From a virus (lineage: Duplodnaviria > Caudoviricetes), in IMG/VR virus record IMGVR_UViG_3300025141_014116, positions 1-52,578 of that record: a stretch of 52,578 nucleotides of DNA, one strand, 5' to 3'. Position numbers and translations under genes: made by a program. How positions within the stretch are numbered: position 1 is the stretch's first letter; each line of letters opens with the position of its first letter. This document shows positions 46,262 to 52,578 of this stretch, in pieces. The notes below the pieces were generated by a model, which was not told the DNA's origin, made no database searches, and was given only the letters and a program-made list of their open reading frames with translations.

Positions 46262-46896
46262 TCTCTCCTTTTACAATAAAAATCATTTATTTTCCAGCGT
46301 GCATCTTTATAATAGCCTTTATGTGCTAAATACGCTTCGATCTCTGGGTCATTAAAATTATTCTCTACCACCAGCAAAGATACATCCCACAAATCCAGAT
46401 TTAAGCCCTTAAGTGCATCAAGCTCTGTACCTTCGGTATCAATTGAAATAAAATCAATCTGTGTATCAAATTCTTGTTGTGCCAGTATTGTATCTAATGT
46501 CTTTACGTCCACCATAATTTCTGATTTAGAATTAATGATATGATCGTGTTGTTCGACAAGCCGCGTATCGGGCATTAGTCCACTCACTGACGACATAATA
46601 TTGTGTTTCCCAATATCAAAAACAGTAAAAGGCACATTATTTTGGTTTTCGCTTCCGCATGCGCATCGGACCGACTCTTTACGGATCTTTTGAACCATTT
46701 CATAGTATTGAGGATTGGGTTCGATACATAGGGCGCGCCAGCCGAGCTTTTCAAAGTAGAGGGTGTTAGACCCACGCTCTCCATTAGCGGCGCCCACTTC
46801 AACACATGTCCCGCGCAGCTCGCCAGGGAAATATAATTCTATTAACAAATCAGTACTAAACTGACCATGATATCCGGTTAGTGGTTCGTAATTCAT
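46258..46896 (-). CDS. FkbM-family methyltransferase
   Basis: CVEVGAANG...SNT.YFE..GW..LCIEPNP, KTLDTIL, IDFISIDTEGTELDALKG, LVVENN. Confidence 0.9.
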   Translation of the reverse strand: MNYEPLTGYHGQFSTDLLIELYFPGELRGTCVEVGAANGERGSNTLYFEKLGWRALCIEPNPQYYEMVQKIRKESVRCACGSENQNNVPFTVFDIGKHNIMSSVSGLMPDTRLVEQHDHIINSKSEIMVDVKTLDTILAQQEFDTQIDFISIDTEGTELDALKGLNLDLWDVSLLVVENNFNDPEIEAYLAHKGYYKDARWKINDFYCKRRE

Positions 46897-47612
46897 TGTC
46901 GGAGTTTGTCCTTGTGTCTTTGGAGATATGCAAGTAAATAGTCAATATCTTCTGGGTTGGGAACGACATCATTGCTAGTACCATACAAACGACCACACCA
47001 TGGTCGAGGGATTGGTCGGCCTTTGAAAAATACGTTACAGTTATAATAAAGATCTTGCTCTTGATCTAATGTAAGAATAAGGGCGCCGTCGTTGTAAGAG
47101 GCTCCCATGTTTTTTAGTTCAAAATCCCAGGCCGTGTAGCCGGGCTTTAAAAATTTAAGAAAATATTCCTTTCTCCAAATTGCAGGGGCCAAGCTAGTCC
47201 GATAGGAGGCGTTCTGTCTCATCATAAGAAGACCCTCCTGGTATGGGTCGGATCGATTTTGTATCGTGTTGTCTAAATGAGCCTTTTGAGCGCCGGCTTT
47301 TACACAGCCTTCAAGAAGATCTACCTTCTTTTGTTCTATATGATTTAGTAACACCACATCTTCTACCGTAAAACCAAAATATTCATCTTCTAAGTTTTCA
47401 ATGTACGGAATAAGAGGATCAGTCCAATTGCTACCAAAATTTTCTTGTTTTCCTAGGGATACAAAGTCAAAGCCATCAGGGAGTGGTGCATACTGGCATT
47501 CATCGAATCCAAGGAAAACCACTTCTTGTCCCGGCCAGTATTTTTGATAGAGAGTTACAAACGCTTCTAATAAAAACGAATACTGCGACGACGTGGCTAC
47601 AAACATTTTCAT
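46893..47612 (-). CDS. Putative GT-A glycosyltransferase (divergent)
   Basis: KYWP, EYFGFTVEDVVL (ED motif), YRTSLAPAIWRKEY, WDFE; context within the glycan island. Confidence 0.5.
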   Translation of the reverse strand: MKMFVATSSQYSFLLEAFVTLYQKYWPGQEVVFLGFDECQYAPLPDGFDFVSLGKQENFGSNWTDPLIPYIENLEDEYFGFTVEDVVLLNHIEQKKVDLLEGCVKAGAQKAHLDNTIQNRSDPYQEGLLMMRQNASYRTSLAPAIWRKEYFLKFLKPGYTAWDFELKNMGASYNDGALILTLDQEQDLYYNCNVFFKGRPIPRPWCGRLYGTSNDVVPNPEDIDYLLAYLQRHKDKLRQ

Positions 47613-48583
47613 AAGTTATGAACTGCCTTCGTTAGTTCAATATCGTTGGTGACCATCCTAGAAACCATTTCATCAAACGATACTTTCGGCTTCCAACCTA
47701 AAATGCGATGCGCCTTTGAGCAATCACCGATTAACACATCTACTTCTGCAGGTCGCATGAAAGCCGGGTCTTGTACCACATAACGCTCCCAATCCGCAAT
47801 TCCCACACAAGCAAAAGCCTTGCTTAAAAAGCTTTTAATAGAATGACTTTTGCCAGTTGCTATAACATAATCATCAGGAGTATCCTGCTGGAGCATCAGC
47901 CACATAGCTTCTACGTAGTCCGGGGCATATCCCCAGTCACGCTTAGCCTCGATATTTCCCAAGGCTATGTGGTCCGCCAAGCCTAGGTGGATTTGAGCGA
48001 CACCATCCGTAATTTTACGGGTGACAAATTCCTTGCCACGGCGTTCGGACTCATGATTAAACAGAATACCACTGCATGCAACAATCCCATATGATTCTCT
48101 ATAATTTTTTGTAATCCAGTGCCCGTATAACTTTGAAACCCCATAGGGACTGCGGGGGTAAAACCGGGTCGTCTCAATCTGTGGTGTCTCAGTTACTCTG
48201 CCAAACATTTCAGATGTCGAGGCTTGATAAAACTTAATAGGGCGATCATATTCTCGAATGGCTTCCAGCATCCGTAAAACTCCTAGTCCATCAATATCCC
48301 CAGTCGTCTCCGGAGTATTCCAACTCTCACCCACAAAAGACATGGCGCCTAGATTATAAATTTCGTCTGGTTTTGACTCTTTAATCACCCGTAGTAGTGA
48401 GTTTTGGTCTCCCAAGTCGCCGTTAATAAATGTGATCTGGCCTTCTAGGTGGCCAGTATTTACCCTATTTTTACGGGAAGAGCGGCGCTCCATACCATAT
48501 ACATTATATCCTTTAGTAAGCAAGAAATCTGCCAGATAGCTGCCATCTTGACCATTGACTCCCGTGATAAGGGCTGTTTTCAT
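47609..48583 (-). CDS. gmd: GDP-mannose 4,6-dehydratase
   Basis: ALITGVNGQDGSYLA, PDEIYNLGAMSFV, FYQASTSEMFG, FYPRSPYGVSK, GILFNHES, FVTRKIT, RDWGYA, RPAEVD. Confidence 0.96.
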   Translation of the reverse strand: MKTALITGVNGQDGSYLADFLLTKGYNVYGMERRSSRKNRVNTGHLEGQITFINGDLGDQNSLLRVIKESKPDEIYNLGAMSFVGESWNTPETTGDIDGLGVLRMLEAIREYDRPIKFYQASTSEMFGRVTETPQIETTRFYPRSPYGVSKLYGHWITKNYRESYGIVACSGILFNHESERRGKEFVTRKITDGVAQIHLGLADHIALGNIEAKRDWGYAPDYVEAMWLMLQQDTPDDYVIATGKSHSIKSFLSKAFACVGIADWERYVVQDPAFMRPAEVDVLIGDCSKAHRILGWKPKVSFDEMVSRMVTNDIELTKAVHNL

Positions 48584-49215
48584 TCTTTATCTCCCAAGTT
48601 TCTCAAAACTGTCATGTGGTAGTTGTATTGCGGATATTTAAAAATATCAACTATTTCAAAATTATACTTGCTGCAAATTTTCGGGATATCGTATCTTCCC
48701 GGGATCTCATGGGCTGATTCTACCAATCGATCCAATCCACCCATTAATATTAAAATCCCGCCCTCGGTTAATATGGCTTTTGTTTTGTGTATGGCTGCGG
48801 CTTGACCCCCTTTTTTCAAGGCCTTACTGCTGCCTGTTTCATCTTTAAAATTAAAAAGATAAAAAACGCCGTTCATAAAAATGATATCATACTTTTGGGC
48901 GCCCATCCAATCGGGTATATCGAAATCCATCAGACCAATTTGTTGATAGTGTAAATTATCAGCCACAAAAAGAGGGTTGAGATGTTGCCATGGATCTATG
49001 GCACTGACGTTCTTTACGTAGGTTTTAAAAAAATTAGAGAACCTTCCATTTCCACATCCAACATCTAGCACTGTTTTATCTTTAGAAAAACAATCCTCTA
49101 TGTGGGGCCAAATATCTTTTTCAAAATCCGACACCCTTGGGCGACCCTTGATATCACTGTAATCATTATCATACCAGGAGTCGCAGCCCCTCATCGGGGT
49201 ACTTTTCTTTTCCAT
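48580..49215 (-). CDS. Class I SAM-dependent methyltransferase
   Basis: VLDVGCGNGR, AIDP, YDIIFMNGVF, LTEGGILI. Confidence 0.85.
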   Translation of the reverse strand: MEKKSTPMRGCDSWYDNDYSDIKGRPRVSDFEKDIWPHIEDCFSKDKTVLDVGCGNGRFSNFFKTYVKNVSAIDPWQHLNPLFVADNLHYQQIGLMDFDIPDWMGAQKYDIIFMNGVFYLFNFKDETGSSKALKKGGQAAAIHKTKAILTEGGILILMGGLDRLVESAHEIPGRYDIPKICSKYNFEIVDIFKYPQYNYHMTVLRNLGDKE

Positions 49216-49226
49216 CTTTTTCTCTT

Positions 49227-49283
49227 CTAATCTCTCTTAAGTTTTAGTGCCAAGGTGGCACCGTGTAAATCATCTAAATTCAT
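49227..49283 (-). other. 18-aa mini-ORF (MNLDDLHGATLALKLKRD*) containing a GTGCCA-cct-TGGCAC inverted repeat; possible gene remnant
   Basis: ATG 4 nt after the rmlA stop with AAGGAG upstream; fills most of the 72-bp gap; perfect 6-bp inverted repeat at 49247-49261. Confidence 0.3.
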
Positions 49284-49287
49284 TGTT

Positions 49288-50013
49288 CTATGTTTTCTCC
49301 TTGTACATTAGCCAATTGGTTGTATGATACGAATCCATCGTGCCGGCGTCGGACCAAACGTCTTCCAGTACGGAATGGCCGCATGCGTCGCGTGCAATAA
49401 AAGCATTATTAACGCTGGTAATCTCATACTCCCCCCGATCTGACGGGGTGGTTCCCTCAATAATATCAAAAACTTTATTGTTGTAAAAATAAATTCCAAC
49501 ACAAGCCAAATTGCTCTCAGGTTTTTCTGGTTTTTCGTTTATCTCGCTGATTTTGTCGCCCTTGAATGTGACAACACCATACCGACGTGGGTCGCATACT
49601 CGTTTAAAGAAAAGGTGGCATTCTTCCTCACTCTTCGCATACGCTTCGACAGCCGATTTCAGGTTGTCTTTAAATATATTATCACCAAGGAGGACTACAC
49701 ACGATGAATCTCCCACAAAGTTTCTGCACAACCGCAGGGCCCCGGCGATGCCGTCGGGCTCATCCTGAACCTTGTATGTAAGGGAGCACCCATGGTCTTT
49801 GCCGGATCCCAATAAAGAAGTAATTCCGGTGGCATGGTCGACTCCCGTTACAATCATAATCTCCTTGATGCCGGCTTCTGTCAACTTACGAAGGGGGTAG
49901 TAGATCATGGGTTCACCAGCAATAGGTAAAAGGTGCTTGTTGGTAACTTTTGTAAGAGGGTAGAGGCGTGTACCTTGACCTCCCGCTAAAATAATTCCTT
50001 TAATATCTCTCAT
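49288..50013 (-). CDS. rfbA: Glucose-1-phosphate thymidylyltransferase (short SpsI/RmlA type)
   Basis: KGIILAGGQGTRLYPLTKVTNKHLLPI, QDEPDGIA, LGDNIF, YGV, EKP, SDRGEYEIT, WSDAGT. Confidence 0.93.
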   Translation of the reverse strand: MRDIKGIILAGGQGTRLYPLTKVTNKHLLPIAGEPMIYYPLRKLTEAGIKEIMIVTGVDHATGITSLLGSGKDHGCSLTYKVQDEPDGIAGALRLCRNFVGDSSCVVLLGDNIFKDNLKSAVEAYAKSEEECHLFFKRVCDPRRYGVVTFKGDKISEINEKPEKPESNLACVGIYFYNNKVFDIIEGTTPSDRGEYEITSVNNAFIARDACGHSVLEDVWSDAGTMDSYHTTNWLMYKEKT

Positions 50014-50953
50014 TATACCACCTTACTGTTGATGCGATACCTTCTTCAAACGATGTTCGAGGAGTCCACCCCAACTCATTTTGAATTTTCGTATTGTCAA
50101 TCGCATACCTAAAATCATGACCTAAGCGATCCGTCACATGTTCTATGCATTCCTCGGGCACAACCTGAAGATGGTGGCATAGAACCTGAATCATTTCAAT
50201 ATTCTTCTTTTCGCAATCAGCGCCCATACAATATGTTTCTCCCAGTTTCCCTTCAGTGAAAACCTTCCAAATACCATCGCAGTGATCCTCAACATAAATC
50301 CAATCGCGCACATTCAAACCAGCTCCATACAAAGGTATTTTTTTCCCTTGAAGCACCGACCGAATAACAGTAGGTATGAATTTTTCATCGTTCTGGTGAG
50401 GTCCATAATTATTCGAGCAATTCGATATGGTGACCGGGAAACCATATGTATGGTAATAGGAGCGCGCAATAAAATCAGAAGACGCTTTTGATGCAGAATA
50501 CGGATTTTTTGGATTATAGGGAGTCTCTTCGTTGAATTTACCCGTATCTCCTAATTCCCCATAAACCTCGTCGGTAGATACATGATGGAATCGCTGCACT
50601 TTTTGTCGACGAGATATCTTCAGCAAATTGTGGGTTCCCACAACATTGCTTGTCACAAAGGAACTCGGGTCATCAATAGACTTATCCACATGCGACTCTG
50701 CCGCCAGGTGTACAACGTGAGTTATACTATGTCGTTCAAATACTTCCAAAAGATCCGACGCGTTACGCAAGTCGACCTCTTCAAACACATATTTTTCGTC
50801 ATCCTGAAAGTCTTTAGTATTTTGGAGGCTGCCGGCATATGTCAAAGCATCTACATTAACCACCTTTGATACCGAATCTCTATGACGATCCAGTACCATT
50901 TTTACAAAATTAGATCCTATAAATCCACATCCTCCGGTTACAAGCAGATTCAT
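50000..50953 (-). CDS. rfbB: dTDP-glucose 4,6-dehydratase (RmlB)
   Basis: LVTGGCGFIGSNF, DALTYAG, HLAAESHVD, HHVSTDEVYG, PYSASKA, SNCSNNYGP, RDWIYVEDH, DRLGHDFRYAID. Confidence 0.96.
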   Translation of the reverse strand: MNLLVTGGCGFIGSNFVKMVLDRHRDSVSKVVNVDALTYAGSLQNTKDFQDDEKYVFEEVDLRNASDLLEVFERHSITHVVHLAAESHVDKSIDDPSSFVTSNVVGTHNLLKISRRQKVQRFHHVSTDEVYGELGDTGKFNEETPYNPKNPYSASKASSDFIARSYYHTYGFPVTISNCSNNYGPHQNDEKFIPTVIRSVLQGKKIPLYGAGLNVRDWIYVEDHCDGIWKVFTEGKLGETYCMGADCEKKNIEMIQVLCHHLQVVPEECIEHVTDRLGHDFRYAIDNTKIQNELGWTPRTSFEEGIASTVRWYNERY

Positions 50954-51570
50954 TATATTACCTTTACATCCTTAAATATTTCAAACTCCGTCAAATCTCT
51001 ATATGGTGGATCTTCCGGGATATCTGGCATGTGCTCAGGATAATTTTGCATCAGCATGAGACCAAAGGCTGCCTGTTCGGGGGTCATATACATATTCCAC
51101 CCCCCTTCATCCATCTGATCTTCATGATACATCTTGGCAGAGCGCCCTTCATAGCGGCGCGCTTTTAGCCATTCGACTGCTTCCGCGTTATCTGTTAATA
51201 TGATGCCGCCTTTACCAATTTTGAGATGCTTCTTGATATGAAAAGAAAGACACATATAGGCACCGGGAATATACATCCCAGAAGTAAAGCGCTTGGCCGC
51301 GTCATAAATGGGAAAGGGTTTCAATTGATACGCACCCTCCCACTTTCTCTCATCAAAAATCAGTATTCCCCCCGCTTGTTGTATAGATTGGGGAGTTGAG
51401 AGATAAGTGCGCTTTGGAATTGTAACCTCTTGGTCTGCAACATTATTCCACTTACACGCCAAGAATAATGCATTGGTACAGCTATTCACCGAAACGGCAT
51501 ATGGTGCTCCGGTATAATGAGCTACCTCCTCCTCAAACATCTCAACTATTTTATAAGGACTGTGTAACAT
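50953..51570 (-). CDS. Miniature DegT/DnrJ/EryC1/StrS-family PLP aminotransferase (205 aa)
   Basis: FEEEVAHYTGAPYAVSVNSCTNALFLA, YDAA, CLSFHIKKHL.IGKGG.ILTD (PLP lysine loop), GWNMYMT..QAA.GL. Confidence 0.8.
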   Translation of the reverse strand: MLHSPYKIVEMFEEEVAHYTGAPYAVSVNSCTNALFLACKWNNVADQEVTIPKRTYLSTPQSIQQAGGILIFDERKWEGAYQLKPFPIYDAAKRFTSGMYIPGAYMCLSFHIKKHLKIGKGGIILTDNAEAVEWLKARRYEGRSAKMYHEDQMDEGGWNMYMTPEQAAFGLMLMQNYPEHMPDIPEDPPYRDLTEFEIFKDVKVI

Positions 51571-51588
51571 TGTTCCTTGTCTCCATAT

Positions 51589-51628
51589 TCTTGTTATTTT
51601 CTATTATATCATTCTACAAGAGAAATTA
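51589..51628. repeat. 40-bp dispersed repeat, copy 2; contains extended -10 promoter TGaTATAAT
   Basis: tcttgttattttctattatatcattctacaagagaaatta; overlaps the last codons and TGA stop of 51609..52493 and lies upstream of the DegT-like gene. Confidence 0.9.
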
Positions 51629-52493
51629 TAGTTCTAGCCCAATTTTTTGGCATATACTTTTGAACTGTATTAAAGCCGTGTGTTCGGATCTGTTCTCTCT
51701 TGTCTTCGTTGCTAAGATAATATCTTATTTTTTCTTGGAGTTCGGCCGGCGACGTAAAGATGTCGAAATCCTTTCCTGGTGTAAAGAGATCATCCATCCC
51801 CTTCCAGGGTGTCGTAAGCAAAAAGCCTCTGGCGGCTAGAATCTTATATAAGCGCACAGACGTTCCTTCTGTGGAAGTATGTGAGAAATTAAGATTTATT
51901 TTGCTCTGATTGACCACCAGGTTGTGCTCTAGACCATGGACGTTCTCAAAATGCTGAAATTTTACTGTGTCGAGGTACTTTTGGCGGTCTGTATGTGTGC
52001 CCGTGGGGGCTCTTACATTTCCGATAAACGTTACATCATATTTTGAGTCACAGTCGGGGAGGGGATAATTCATCTTGTCGTCCGGACATTGAGGGATAAA
52101 TTCCGAATTAGGATTATATTTAGCCGCCTCCTGTACAACACCCTCAATTCCTCCCACAAAGTACGATACTTTTTTGATTTTCTCTATCAACTCAATGTTA
52201 AAGTTATTCATTCCGTCCATATACCAAAGCACACTAGACCCTATAAGGTTGGCCGCGTCCACGACGCGCGAGGCCATCATATTACACTTACTAAAAAGGA
52301 TGATATGAGGCTGAATTTCATTGATCTTTTCTATTAGATCATCATCCCGTGATTTAGCAGACGAGTACTCTCGTAATTTTGCTCGATAATCGTATGCATA
52401 AGTCTCCCAGCTATTGTCGAGGAATCCTCGAGCTTGGGCCACATTTGTTGAGTTGGGGGTAAAAACTCCCACAAACAGTATTTTACGGCTCAT
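51609..52493 (-). CDS. CgeB-like GT-B glycosyltransferase (Glyco_trans_1_2)
   Basis: YDVTFIG, VVNQSKINLNF, SVRLYKILAARGFLLT, LFTPGKD, ELQEKIRYYL.NEDKREQIR..G; AAGGAG RBS. Confidence 0.82.
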   Translation of the reverse strand: MSRKILFVGVFTPNSTNVAQARGFLDNSWETYAYDYRAKLREYSSAKSRDDDLIEKINEIQPHIILFSKCNMMASRVVDAANLIGSSVLWYMDGMNNFNIELIEKIKKVSYFVGGIEGVVQEAAKYNPNSEFIPQCPDDKMNYPLPDCDSKYDVTFIGNVRAPTGTHTDRQKYLDTVKFQHFENVHGLEHNLVVNQSKINLNFSHTSTEGTSVRLYKILAARGFLLTTPWKGMDDLFTPGKDFDIFTSPAELQEKIRYYLSNEDKREQIRTHGFNTVQKYMPKNWARTIISLVE

Positions 52494-52496
52494 TTA

Positions 52497-52578
52497 TCAG
52501 TCTCCTTTCTCGATTCGATGACTATCAGAATCAAAATGCTGCGTTGAAAATTCAAATACTTCAGTATCTTCTAAGGCT
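52497..52578 (-). CDS. C-terminal fragment of a cupin (mannose-6-phosphate isomerase-like) protein
   Basis: Hand translation gives ALEDTEVFEFSTQHFDSDSHRIEKGD*, matching the 'AleD....E.ST.....D..R' end of small sugar-isomerase cupins; not in the ORF track because it is cut by the window edge. Confidence 0.7.
   Translation of the reverse strand, partial: ALEDTEVFEFSTQHFDSDSHRIEKGD

Noticed and set aside
1-52578. Stop-codon reassignment, as seen in some large phages
   Set aside because: Genes are full length in the standard code, and TAA, TAG and TGA all end genes at tight junctions.

Overview
This 52.6 kb window is a fragment of a large, probably uncultured, contractile-tailed (myovirus-type) phage genome. 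Every credible gene is on the minus strand, tightly packed and read in the standard code. In transcription order (right to left): (1) 39347-52578, an ~13 kb glycan synthesis and decoration island of 17 genes: cupin fragment, CgeB-like glycosyltransferase (GT), miniature DegT aminotransferase, rmlB, rmlA, gmd, NDP-sugar C-methyltransferase, two FkbM and one other SAM methyltransferase, sulfotransferase, NAD-dependent epimerase and several more GTs, with no flippase or polymerase visible. (2) 37305-39285, small genes plus a phage sigma-factor-like gene. (3) 991-37312, a baseplate/tail module: virion amidase, spike-like protein, gp25-like and gp6-like wedge proteins, a DNRLRE-like protein, a 3624-aa LamG-containing giant and tail-collar-like paralogues. 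(4) 1-991, DUF2061, a RuvC-like resolvase and the probable start of a primase. Most notable: [S/T]-[G/A/S]-S tripeptides are dense in a subset of structural proteins next to a soluble glycosylation and sulfation toolkit, suggesting a virion glycosylation system; the giant protein has Russian-doll nested domains; a tail-collar domain appears split across four genes; and a 40-bp promoter-bearing repeat links two junctions in the glycan island. All family assignments are by motif recognition only, as no database searches were run. I saw no tRNA, rRNA or CRISPR array.
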